A stretch of 64,000 nt of DNA from the IMG/VR virus record IMGVR_UViG_3300032516_002690, positions 1 to 64,000 of that record. One strand, 5' to 3'. The notes under the pieces were generated by a model. That model saw nothing but the letters and a program-made list of their open reading frames with translations, made no database searches and was not told the origin of the DNA. Source of the DNA: a virus. Below are positions 9,458 to 18,877 of the stretch, one piece after another. Position numbers and translations under genes: made by a program. Every line of letters starts with the position of its first letter. Positions within the stretch are counted from its first letter, which is position 1.

Positions 9458-10206
9458 TTTGACCCTCCAGTGAGGTGCTTAAGGGCAGTTGCCGCGTGGA
9501 GCATATTAGCGGCCTTTAGCATGCGAATTTGCTTAAAGCGCTTATCGTTGTCGCGAATATACGCTGCAATTTTTCGAATTTCGGAAGCAGTCTTGCCCGC
9601 AAAACTCGGCGGTGCTTTTGACTCGCCCTTTTCAGAGTCGGAGTCATCGTCATCATCGTCAGAGTCTTTATGCTTTTTAGGCTTGGGACCATCACCGTCG
9701 CCATCGGTATCGCCGCCCGCATCTCCATCATTATCTGGATCTTGCGGATTAATACCGGGAGGCATCGCACCCATTGACGGGTCGCCTTCCATGGGCGCAG
9801 CTTGCATAGACGGATCCATGCCGGGATCCCCACCCATCGGACCAGCTTGCATAGACGGGTCGCCACCCATCGGCGCAGCTTGCATGGACGGATCCATACC
9901 CGCACCGTCATCGCCACCATCATCTTGCTGAGCAAGAAGCTGTTGCAGCAATTCAGGGTTATTTTGGAGTTCTTCCAATAATTGCTGGACTTCTTGGTCT
10001 TGCATCAATGCTTCAAGATCGTCATCAGAGACGTCATCCTGATCTGGCATTTGCTGCAAGTCTTCGGCGAACTTACGCAATTCACGCGCTGCCGCAGAAG
10101 TTCTAACCTTCGTCGACTTCGCGGAAGCAGTCTTCGTCACGGACGCGGTTTTCACCGACGCCATGACTTGGTCTGCTAATTCGCCGATGTCTACGTAGCG
10201 GCTCAT
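9454..10206 (-). CDS. Acidic low-complexity head (scaffold/internal) protein
   Basis: KTAS three times; DPSMQA repeats; Asp-rich. Confidence 0.5.
   Translation of the reverse strand: MSRYVDIGELADQVMASVKTASVTKTASAKSTKVRTSAAARELRKFAEDLQQMPDQDDVSDDDLEALMQDQEVQQLLEELQNNPELLQQLLAQQDDGGDDGAGMDPSMQAAPMGGDPSMQAGPMGGDPGMDPSMQAAPMEGDPSMGAMPPGINPQDPDNDGDAGGDTDGDGDGPKPKKHKDSDDDDDDSDSEKGESKAPPSFAGKTASEIRKIAAYIRDNDKRFKQIRMLKAANMLHAATALKHLTGGSK
9770..9905. repeat. Imperfect repeats encoding DPSMQA(A/G)PM(G/E)G
   Basis: gcttgcat(a/g)gacgg recurs three times. Confidence 0.7.
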
Positions 10207-10748
10207 TTTGCAGTACGCGCCTGTTGGATAATGGCGCTAGCCGTCTGTTGTCCGATGTAATGCACGTCGGCGGCAATCTTGTGTACTGCCTTGAGCTGAT
10301 CGTTGTAGCCCGCTTCGTATTCGGCAGCGGCTTTTTTCTCCATGTCTTGCACGGCCTGCGCGTACGCAGCTTGCGCGACTTTCTGGAGTTGGGCAGGATC
10401 TGCACCGACCGCAGCAACTTTGATTTCTCCGAGCGCTGCATCGTACTGCGCAAAGCGCTCCATAAATCCATCAGCCAAAGCCGCGCCCATATGCTGCGCT
10501 TGCTTGATGAGCTGAGATTCCTCGGCTTGCTGTGCTTCAGCAGCCATCTTCTCCAGCGACGCTTTCGGCGTGGGCGCCGCAGCTGCCGCAGTCTTTACCG
10601 AACGGGTCACCGCGCGGACCGTAGAGAGCATGCGCGCAGACGCGTCGGGCTCAGGCGTACTAGGCGCGGAGGCTGTCTTTTCCGTGATGCCGGCGTCAGC
10701 GGCAGACATACGGGATAAAATTCGCGCGAAAGCATTCTCTTCAGCCAT
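10203..10748 (-). CDS. Ala-rich scaffold-like head protein
   Basis: Likely ATG at 10748 (MAEEN); at least eight K-x-A motifs; coiled coil. Confidence 0.55.
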   Translation of the reverse strand: MAEENAFARILSRMSAADAGITEKTASAPSTPEPDASARMLSTVRAVTRSVKTAAAAAPTPKASLEKMAAEAQQAEESQLIKQAQHMGAALADGFMERFAQYDAALGEIKVAAVGADPAQLQKVAQAAYAQAVQDMEKKAAAEYEAGYNDQLKAVHKIAADVHYIGQQTASAIIQQARTAK

Positions 10749-10775
10749 TGGTTCCCTCACAGGGTTTCAGTGTGA

Positions 10776-10804
10776 ATCTTAGTTGTGTATCTGAGCCAAT
10801 ACAA
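10776..10804 (-). promoter_or_regulatory. Sigma-70-like promoter TTGTAT-N17-TAAGAT
   Basis: Intergenic, upstream of the scaffold-capsid block. Confidence 0.5.
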
Positions 10805-10807
10805 GCT

Positions 10808-12673
10808 TTATTCGGAGCGCCTTAATATCGAATCTCCGAGAGCCTGAGTTACCTTATCGAAATCTAGTGTAGGCCCTAGGTAGGGGCTCAGTTCATCCTG
10901 CACTTCAGCACTCTTTAGCTGCTGCATAAAGCGCGAAGTATACGCGGCGTCTAGTTTTGTAGGACGTTCATTAGCACGCTTTACTACGTATGCGAACGCG
11001 GTATTTACGGCAGCGCCCATCTTTTGTACCGGAGCCATCTCGGTCCATCCAGAAATAGTCTCACCTTGATCTGTTACAATTTTAGGGCCGGAGATAGGCG
11101 TGGGACCCGTAAGCTTTTTAGCTCCGAGTAAACCAAGACCCGCGCCGACAGCACCTGTGGCAAGGCGCATCGGTCGGGGTACGCGAGAACTATTACGCGC
11201 TGCGTATGCTGCACCGCCCAAGAGCGCACCGCTACCCAACAAAGCACCGCCCGTTACGGCCTTGTCCTTGAGCCCCTGGTTGATGAGCTGGTCATGCGTC
11301 TTTTGAACAGTACCGTAGTTTGTGCTGTACTGTCCGCCGGTATTTGGGTCCGTCCAAGATAATGTATCGGTCAACGGACGCTCAGCGTGGAACGTCGCAT
11401 GTCCGGGCATCCGACGTTGCAGATAATCCGAAGTTGGAGAAGCGGTAAAGCCGAGTTTAGTGTACAAATCGGCATTGAATATCGGCGCGTCTAACCCAGC
11501 TTCTTTGACTACGGTGTCGTAGAAACGCGGGTAGCGCTGAAACATCTCGTATATAAGGCCGAGATGGTCATTTGCCGACTTCAATACTTTATCAGGGACA
11601 CCTGTTTTTGTTTCAGGCGCCAGCTTGCTGATAAAATACTGCATGATCTCTTTAATACCCAACGGGAAGTCTAGCGGGTCTGCAGTCCCTGCAACTTCCG
11701 AGGGTTTGTAATTGATCATGATGCTTACAGACGCGGTGTCCGTAGGCTTATCGGAATCACGCTGCTTGGTCTTTATGTATTTCTCTACAAGCGACGCGTC
11801 ATTTCTATCTAGGTTAGACACGGACAAAGCAGGCTCACCCTGCAGTATTTTCTCAATATCCGCAGCCTTACCGAGGTCCGCAGCTTTCTGCTGCAGATCA
11901 GTAACCAATTCGCCGAGCTCATAGCCGCCGAGCTTGAGTTCGTAAGGGTGCTCTTTAGCAACCTTTTTCATCATGTAGCCGGTGCGGTCAGCAGGACGGA
12001 GAACCCAAGAACTGTCAAAGAAATCTGGGCTAGGATTCAGAGCAGAATTCTGAATACCGCTATGCGGGTCGATTTTAGACATCGCGTACTTAAGGTGCTC
12101 ACAATAACTCGCCCTAGTTTTAGCACGGTTACCGCAATTACTGCAAACGTCGTATTTGATTCGACAGCCCATGCTGGTGGCGGGATATTCACCGCTGGCA
12201 ATCTTTTCTATAAGGTGCGGCGCTTTCGCATTGTCGAAATCCTGCAACACTTCTACGCGGTGCATGTGAGGGTTCCAGAAAGCTTTCTTAACTTTACCAA
12301 TAGCTTTACTAGGATCACCGTTCACGTGATGTTCAAATACATGCGCTTTATCGTAAGACTGATAGTGCTTAGTAAGCACTTCATCCGGTTCAATCTTACC
12401 CTTGACAGGCTTAGATGGAAAACCGTCACCATTACGATTAGCGCCGTAGGTCTCGTTGTCGCCAAGACCAATCACAAGCACAATAGTTTTACCCGGCTCG
12501 GGAGCTACATTTTTTATGTAGTCGAGCGCGGGGCTGTGCGTGCTAGCAATTTTATGCAGTGACGTGGCTTCCTTTAATAATCGTCCATTACGACCCCATG
12601 AAGACACCAACTGTACTGTTGGTTCTCCGGTGGAGAAGTGGTCGTCTAGGAGGATTATCTTGGAAGACATCAC
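10808..12673 (-). CDS. Prohead maturation protease (HK97/assemblin-like) with Zn-finger insertion and long C-terminal extension
   Basis: NRNGDGF, FEHH (putative catalytic His), IGKV, TSMGC (putative catalytic Ser), CSNC..C.H, FFDSSWVLRPAD; position in the head cluster. Confidence 0.7.
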   Translation of the reverse strand: MMSSKIILLDDHFSTGEPTVQLVSSWGRNGRLLKEATSLHKIASTHSPALDYIKNVAPEPGKTIVLVIGLGDNETYGANRNGDGFPSKPVKGKIEPDEVLTKHYQSYDKAHVFEHHVNGDPSKAIGKVKKAFWNPHMHRVEVLQDFDNAKAPHLIEKIASGEYPATSMGCRIKYDVCSNCGNRAKTRASYCEHLKYAMSKIDPHSGIQNSALNPSPDFFDSSWVLRPADRTGYMMKKVAKEHPYELKLGGYELGELVTDLQQKAADLGKAADIEKILQGEPALSVSNLDRNDASLVEKYIKTKQRDSDKPTDTASVSIMINYKPSEVAGTADPLDFPLGIKEIMQYFISKLAPETKTGVPDKVLKSANDHLGLIYEMFQRYPRFYDTVVKEAGLDAPIFNADLYTKLGFTASPTSDYLQRRMPGHATFHAERPLTDTLSWTDPNTGGQYSTNYGTVQKTHDQLINQGLKDKAVTGGALLGSGALLGGAAYAARNSSRVPRPMRLATGAVGAGLGLLGAKKLTGPTPISGPKIVTDQGETISGWTEMAPVQKMGAAVNTAFAYVVKRANERPTKLDAAYTSRFMQQLKSAEVQDELSPYLGPTLDFDKVTQALGDSILRRSE

Positions 12674-13158
12674 GGACCCGTAGGTAGACGGCCCATGGCC
12701 GGCAACTCAGGAATAGTCTTAGGGCTAAACGTATTAGCCGCTTGATCGACACCGCTAAACATGCCGGGGCGCCCACGATTCATGGCACCGCCTAATTGTC
12801 GCCCTGCCATGTTCTGGTCGGGCATCTGCATTTGCTTGAGCAGGCCTAACAGAGCCTGAGTACGCGCAGGGTTAGGCTTTGCAGTACTAGGCATTGGCAA
12901 AATGCTCGCCTGCTTACGTGGAGCCATTGCACCTAAACCCTCTGCAATTTTCTTAAACTTGTAGTGGGTAGACAGCATTTGCTGTCCTAGCGTTTGACTC
13001 GCTGTCTTTACGTTTAGAGCAGGCATGCCGTACATGGCTGCAGTTGCCCGGTGTAGACCTGCGATTTTAACCTTGTCCATGACGTGGACAAGACGCCGAT
13101 TAATCGGCAAATCCGCAGTGGCGAGCTTTTGCATTAATGTGTCGTAATTCATGGTCAA
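12670..13158 (-). CDS. Putative internal head protein
   Basis: Coupled ORF with five K-x-A motifs. Confidence 0.5.
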   Translation of the reverse strand: MTMNYDTLMQKLATADLPINRRLVHVMDKVKIAGLHRATAAMYGMPALNVKTASQTLGQQMLSTHYKFKKIAEGLGAMAPRKQASILPMPSTAKPNPARTQALLGLLKQMQMPDQNMAGRQLGGAMNRGRPGMFSGVDQAANTFSPKTIPELPAMGRLPTGP

Positions 13159-13739
13159 CCCATTCCGCCAGCGCGTGCAGCTGACTGCTCTGCATCCGTA
13201 AGCGTCTTTATTGTGCCGTAGTCAGGAGTCGCGCCGTGTAGCGCTGATAGACGCAAGAAGCTACGCGCGACGCTCGGGTCTGAGGCTAGGTGTGGCGCAA
13301 ATCGCTTCATTGTATTATATGAAGCCTGCATGATTGCAGGATCGGCTTTAGCAAGTATCGGATCTTCACCCAAAGATGAAAATACTTGGTCATGCATAGG
13401 GGACAAGCCCTTAAGAGCATTCGTACGGAATTTCTGCTCACCAGACAATTGACCCATCTGCTTGCGTTCAGCTTCGAGGCGATCGGACGTTTGGTCAACG
13501 CTATCTAGCGCTTTACCGACACCCCACGCACCCGCACCGAGAGCAGCACCACTCCCTACATTTTTAACAATGTCGGGCAACACACTTCCCCATTGACTTT
13601 TGGGCGCGTGCTCAGCTGCATCAGCTGCAGCGCCAAGCATACCTGCTTGTTTAAACAACGCGCGAGGAATTAGCTTGAATGCTGCACGCTTAGCAGGCGA
13701 CGCTGCAATCTTTGCGACAGTCTCGTCAAATCGGCTCAT
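13155..13739 (-). CDS. Putative internal head/ejection protein with glycine-zipper segment
   Basis: VGSGAALGAGAWGVG; K-x-A motifs near the N-terminus. Confidence 0.5.
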   Translation of the reverse strand: MSRFDETVAKIAASPAKRAAFKLIPRALFKQAGMLGAAADAAEHAPKSQWGSVLPDIVKNVGSGAALGAGAWGVGKALDSVDQTSDRLEAERKQMGQLSGEQKFRTNALKGLSPMHDQVFSSLGEDPILAKADPAIMQASYNTMKRFAPHLASDPSVARSFLRLSALHGATPDYGTIKTLTDAEQSAARAGGMG

Positions 13740-14509
13740 GACAGCGCCTCCAGCTTGGCGATACCTGCAGCAATTGTTGCAACTTTTTCAGACTGCGCAA
13801 CAGCGTCAGCCAGCAGTGAATATTCGAAAGCGCTGTCGTCAACAAAACCCGCAGTCTTTTGCAGAGTTTCGAAATTGTACGTCATAGCAGGCATGCGCAT
13901 GCTGCGACGCAATTCGGTCAACAGCGGCGCTACACGTTCACCATGCAGCGCAGCAGCGTTCTTCTCGAACGTAGAAAAAGGTACGTCTTGGTAAATACGT
14001 GCAAAGCGACGCTTGAGCGTCTGAAGCGTATCGCCGTAAACCATTTCACTCGCCATCTTTTCGTGACGGAGATGGTCGAGGGTTTTACGCACAGTACGTC
14101 GATCTACTTCGCGATTAGGCGTAGCTGTCGGACGTTCTTCAAACGCTACTTTGGTCATCTCAGGGGTTTCGTCTTCTTCGCGAAGCGAACGATACTCTGA
14201 GAAATAAGCCACGTCGTCAGCAGGCGTTGCCACGGCAGCTTCTTTGATATTGTCGGCAAATACCTGATCTGCATCAGCGACATCGAATTCAACAATACGA
14301 TCTGAAGCGGTCTTGTCTTTCGACTGGAATAGCTTATTGAACGTCGTATTGTTGGAGCTCTCGCAGAGCCTACGGACTTGCTCTTGCGACATATCCATAG
14401 ACGACGCCAGCTTGCGAATGCTGTTGTTCAGCGGTATTTTCTGTTGGACTAGATCGTCAGAAATGGCTTCAGCCATTTTCTTGTAATCGTTTTCAGTAAT
14501 ATGTGCCAT
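13736..14509 (-). CDS. Putative head protein
   Basis: Coupled ORF with about nine K-x-A motifs. Confidence 0.5.
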   Translation of the reverse strand: MAHITENDYKKMAEAISDDLVQQKIPLNNSIRKLASSMDMSQEQVRRLCESSNNTTFNKLFQSKDKTASDRIVEFDVADADQVFADNIKEAAVATPADDVAYFSEYRSLREEDETPEMTKVAFEERPTATPNREVDRRTVRKTLDHLRHEKMASEMVYGDTLQTLKRRFARIYQDVPFSTFEKNAAALHGERVAPLLTELRRSMRMPAMTYNFETLQKTAGFVDDSAFEYSLLADAVAQSEKVATIAAGIAKLEALS

Positions 14510-15228
14510 CAGTGCACCACCTTATCCGCGCCGAGGTCCTCGACAGTACGGTTACCGCGCGTTTCTTCAAACTTGATGTGAAGACTCTCGGCGTCCTCAT
14601 CACGTAGGTTGTCGTTACCGAGGATAGCTCGGGCGCACTCCACTGAGATTTTAGCGTACTTCGCGGCTTCGCGGGCCAGCTTGCCTGTAATCAGTTGACC
14701 GCGATGCTCCATCGAGCGGAAGTACGCATCGGTCATGATCGTCTTGATGACGTCCTGCGCAGGAACTTCACCCTTATTACGACAGAATTGCCACTGCAAG
14801 GCGCCGAGACCTTGGTGGTACGCAATTCGGTAGTACGCTTTGTACGGGTGATCTTCAGGAATTTCCTGCATGAACACGATGAGCTCAAGCTCAGTACGAA
14901 ATACCTGCGTGTCGAAGAAGATGTGCCTGTAGAAGCTCACTTCTTCGGGCGGCATCGATAGAGCTTCCGCTACTGAGAAGTCATTCTTAGAGGCTATTAA
15001 AAAAGACTCTAAAATACTGCGGATAGAATCCGTTCTGAATACCAGAATGGGATAATTAACTAGCGTATCTACAGTCTGGCTGGCGTGCCACGGCCGCAAT
15101 GGACAGATTTTATTTAAAGCTTCCGCGCCATGAAACGCTACGTACAGAGACCGCTCACTGTCGGTGTCTGGTACGCAGCGCTTCTGCGCAAAGGCTTCGT
15201 ATCGGTGACGCGGATTAGGCGATCGCAT
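14509..15228 (-). CDS. Hypothetical protein
   Basis: 239-aa ORF overlapping both neighbours; no motif recognised. Confidence 0.6.
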   Translation of the reverse strand: MRSPNPRHRYEAFAQKRCVPDTDSERSLYVAFHGAEALNKICPLRPWHASQTVDTLVNYPILVFRTDSIRSILESFLIASKNDFSVAEALSMPPEEVSFYRHIFFDTQVFRTELELIVFMQEIPEDHPYKAYYRIAYHQGLGALQWQFCRNKGEVPAQDVIKTIMTDAYFRSMEHRGQLITGKLAREAAKYAKISVECARAILGNDNLRDEDAESLHIKFEETRGNRTVEDLGADKVVH

Positions 15229-18200
15229 TCGGGTCTAGCATCGTTGAATTGTGCGTCATTGACAGCACAAGTTTACCTAGCCCTTGGAATGTATCACGCA
15301 TTTGCGTCTCTAACTCGATATATGTAGTCTCACCCAGTTGTTCTTTGATCTGGGATTCCTGCATATAGAGCGTGAGTAGCGTACGCCCCAAGTCATCGAT
15401 GCTGGATTCGAGGTTCGACGCGTACTGCGACGTCAAGCCCTTCAACGTACCGTTGCGTGCGAGCGATGCGATAGTACCTGCGTCGAATGCGCCGGTTTCG
15501 TGCATACCCGCCGCGCCTTCCAAAAAGGCAGGGTTAATCTGCGAAGCAATCTCCTCAGACGACGGTTGCTCCGTGCGCATGATTGGATATTGCGGCTCTT
15601 GTTGCGCATTGGGATCTGCGTTTGGGTCCATACCCATCGCAGGGTCCATACCTTCAGGCATACCTTGCATGCCAGGATCCCCGCCCATTTGCGAAGGGTC
15701 TTGCGGCATAGCAGGCGCAGGTGCTTGCGCAGGGTCTGCAGGCGCAGGTGCAGGCATACCGCCTTGCGCAGGATCAGCGGGCGCGGCAGGTTCGGCTGGC
15801 TGGCCCGTCTCAATTTCTTGAGCGCGTTGCTGAACCGTAGTCAGTACGTCGAGTTGGGCCTGCAAAGCAGTCATCTGTTCTTGCAGGCTCTGCATTGATT
15901 CCGAAAAAGCCTGGTCAACTGCCGAGGGCGGCGAGGGTGCAGGCGCCGGAGCTTGCTGCATAGCAGGGGGCATGGCAGGTGGCGCAGCTTGCGGGGCAGG
16001 CGCAGCGGGCGCAGGTTGCTGCATAGCTGGCGGACCACCCATCGGGGTTTGCGGCGCTGCTTCGCCTTGCGCAATTTTAATGCGGTATTTGAGACTTTGA
16101 TACGCAGAGGGCGTCACGATATACGAACGACACACGCCCGTATGCGACGCAATTTTCAACATTGCTTCGGCAGCAGACGCGTGTACTTTGTAGCGTGAAG
16201 CAATCTTAAAGATAGCTTCCTTTTTCGTATCCGTACGGTCGCCGTCTACGGAATACATGCTCTCGCCCGCATCGCGAACAACAGCCTCGTGGACGCCCAT
16301 CGAGCCCAACGCGTCGAGTACGATGTGGCTCAACGCGTCAGCTGTTCGCAGGAAGTCTTCAGCAGGCTTATCGTCCTTGAGACTCACCCACTTCCAGCTG
16401 GCCGGAATAACCACGAGATTTTGGTCTCGCAGTTTCATCGGGCGATTACCCGGAGAACGCGGGTCCATTACGAAGGCCTTGGCTCCCCAACCACCTTCAT
16501 TACTGATCTTGCCGCGCACCACACCGTCGGTACCTACGGAGAGCTCAGTAATTTCTACAGGCTTGGTGCCGTGATACTGCGCGCCGCGCTTAGAAATAAA
16601 CGCGCCAGTACCCTTAGAAGGCTTGGCAGTTCCCTCTGTGAGTACAGCTTTGTACACACCCGAGCCTTTAAGGAAGTTCTCTGATACCTGCTCGCCCATG
16701 AGCTGGTTTGTCATCACGTAATTGCCATCTTCGAGAATGGCAAGACGACTGTATTTATGCGAGCGTTCGATATCGCGTCCGTTACAGTCAAAACCGTACA
16801 AGCTCTCAGGCTCTTTGTTGTACGTGGTCTTGGGGACCTTGTTTTGTAGGCGCTTAACGCGACTGTCTTCCTTGGGAAAGGTAAATCGATCTTCGCTTAG
16901 AAGATCAAACGGCTCAGTAATGACCAACGCGCCTGTAGGTGCGCCCTTGGTTGTGTAGAGCCTGTAAGGTCCCGAAGACAGCGTGTCTTGGAAATGCTGG
17001 TACTTCTGTACTTGCACAGCCAAGTTGAGCGAAGGACGAGTGTCCTTAAAGTAGTAACCCCGCATCAGCACGCCGTTGAATGCTTCAGGCGCAGCTTCAC
17101 CGAAGAGCTCGGTGTATTCTTTCGCGCGCGTCGCTTTATCCGCGATATACAACGCACCGCCCGTATGCGAAACACCGGCAGTCTTGTGCGTCAGCGCTTT
17201 GATGAGCTGCTGCTCGCCGTAGAGTTCTGCAGCCTTTTTGAGTAGGCGGGGGTTTGCGTCCAATACTTTCGCAAATCCTTCTTTGACCTGATTAGGCGCC
17301 TTCTCTAGAAACTCAACGAGTTTAGGCGCATACGTATTCGACTTCTGCGCGTGCTTGAGCATCGCAGTAATGCCGTCCTCGTACGACGCATATCGCGACA
17401 TCGCAGACATAGGGTTGGCAAGGGCGGACAGTGCGGTGCCTACAAAACCAGGCTGTTGTTGGCCGGTGTAAGGGTCGACTTCCTTTTCCCGAGTATTCAT
17501 AATGCCGCCGAGGGCTGCGCCGGTATAGCGACCAGCCGCTTGGCCGAGTCCGGGAGATATGCCACCGCCAGATTGAATAGCTCCTTGGCGGCCAATTATT
17601 GCACCGATAGGACCGGCCAATGCTCCGCCCAACCCGCCGCGAGCCGCGACGCCTGGAGCATCGCGCCAGTCTTCCCAATCAGAGGTCATGAGACCGGTGC
17701 CTGCACCCGTCAGTCCGCCACGCACAGCGTTCGACACACCCTCATCGACCATTTGTCCGAGCGTGCGCACTGTCTCGGGGTTGATATGCGGCATGCTAAT
17801 CGATGCGGTAGTAGTCATGCCGGGTTGAGGAGCAGCAGGTGCCGCGCCTTGCTGTGGCGCCATACCTTGTTGCGGCATTTGTTGCTGTTGCGCGCCAGCA
17901 GGGGCCATACCCTGTTGAGCCGCAGCAGTTGCTGCGTTGGGGTCCTGCATCATTTCCCACGTCTTGGTGTGGGATTTGTACATCTTGGCTAGTGTATCTA
18001 CATCAAGAGCATTATTATCCAGCGCCTGGCCTGGAGACATTTGCTGGGTGCGCTGAAATTGCTCGACGAACGTTGCCCAGATCTCAGGATTAAACTCCGA
18101 AGGCTGCCCTGTAGCACCGGCTCCGGTACCTGGAAAAGGCCCGATAGCGATTTTCGTAAGTTTGCGACCTAGGGGTTCAGTCGAAGAAGCTTCGAGCCAA

Positions 18201-18685
18201 CTACGCGCAGACACATCGCTGGCATAGCTGTACCGACCGGTCGTTGGCGGTACCATCAAGTTACGGATATCGACGTCTGTTGCAACGGTATCAGGCAACT
18301 TAGCCCCGTCGCCCATGGACGAGATGGTGCTCTTATTTACTTCCTCTAACCAATCGTTGTTGAGCGGAAGGAAAATATCTTGATCCTTCACATACATCAA
18401 ATCGAAAGGCTTGAGCTCATTCTCAGAAAGAACGACAGGTATATAAATATAGCTGCCTTCTTGCTCGATAATAAACGCGCCTACGCCCGTACCCATTTCC
18501 GTGTCGGAATCGAGCATCTTGAACGTGACAATCTCAGGAACAAGATCCGGGAATTTGCCAGAGAAAGCCTGATAGGCCATCTGCCCGAACTTATCCTCAA
18601 AGATTTGTTTCTCGTCCTCGGCAGACGGCATGGCTTGCTGCGAGTTGATCGCAGGTGAAAATAAGGCGTGTTTTCGATATGCCAT
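15215..18685 (-). CDS. Large (1156 aa) modular head/ejection protein
   Basis: Globular segments separated by Q/P/A/M-rich linkers and K-x-A motifs; glycine-zipper hydrophobic region. Confidence 0.55.
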   Translation of the reverse strand: MAYRKHALFSPAINSQQAMPSAEDEKQIFEDKFGQMAYQAFSGKFPDLVPEIVTFKMLDSDTEMGTGVGAFIIEQEGSYIYIPVVLSENELKPFDLMYVKDQDIFLPLNNDWLEEVNKSTISSMGDGAKLPDTVATDVDIRNLMVPPTTGRYSYASDVSARSWLEASSTEPLGRKLTKIAIGPFPGTGAGATGQPSEFNPEIWATFVEQFQRTQQMSPGQALDNNALDVDTLAKMYKSHTKTWEMMQDPNAATAAAQQGMAPAGAQQQQMPQQGMAPQQGAAPAAPQPGMTTTASISMPHINPETVRTLGQMVDEGVSNAVRGGLTGAGTGLMTSDWEDWRDAPGVAARGGLGGALAGPIGAIIGRQGAIQSGGGISPGLGQAAGRYTGAALGGIMNTREKEVDPYTGQQQPGFVGTALSALANPMSAMSRYASYEDGITAMLKHAQKSNTYAPKLVEFLEKAPNQVKEGFAKVLDANPRLLKKAAELYGEQQLIKALTHKTAGVSHTGGALYIADKATRAKEYTELFGEAAPEAFNGVLMRGYYFKDTRPSLNLAVQVQKYQHFQDTLSSGPYRLYTTKGAPTGALVITEPFDLLSEDRFTFPKEDSRVKRLQNKVPKTTYNKEPESLYGFDCNGRDIERSHKYSRLAILEDGNYVMTNQLMGEQVSENFLKGSGVYKAVLTEGTAKPSKGTGAFISKRGAQYHGTKPVEITELSVGTDGVVRGKISNEGGWGAKAFVMDPRSPGNRPMKLRDQNLVVIPASWKWVSLKDDKPAEDFLRTADALSHIVLDALGSMGVHEAVVRDAGESMYSVDGDRTDTKKEAIFKIASRYKVHASAAEAMLKIASHTGVCRSYIVTPSAYQSLKYRIKIAQGEAAPQTPMGGPPAMQQPAPAAPAPQAAPPAMPPAMQQAPAPAPSPPSAVDQAFSESMQSLQEQMTALQAQLDVLTTVQQRAQEIETGQPAEPAAPADPAQGGMPAPAPADPAQAPAPAMPQDPSQMGGDPGMQGMPEGMDPAMGMDPNADPNAQQEPQYPIMRTEQPSSEEIASQINPAFLEGAAGMHETGAFDAGTIASLARNGTLKGLTSQYASNLESSIDDLGRTLLTLYMQESQIKEQLGETTYIELETQMRDTFQGLGKLVLSMTHNSTMLDPNAIA

Positions 18686-18688
18686 TGT

Positions 18689-18871
18689 CTACCTAGGGTT
18701 TATAATCTTGGGTGGCCGTATCGTAGCAGTCTGCAACGGCTTTCGCGCAGGTTGTTCAGAGCTACTAGGACTTTCGGAATTAAACGGGGAAAAGCCCGGA
18801 ACTCCCATAGCTTGTCCAAGTTTTTCTTGGATAAGTAGAAGCCCGAGCTTTAGTGCGGCCGTAGAGACCAT
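18689..18871 (-). CDS. Small hypothetical protein
   Basis: Fills the gap between two minus-strand genes; contains two KLG motifs. Confidence 0.4.
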   Translation of the reverse strand: MVSTAALKLGLLLIQEKLGQAMGVPGFSPFNSESPSSSEQPARKPLQTATIRPPKIINPR

Positions 18872-18877
18872 GATTGA

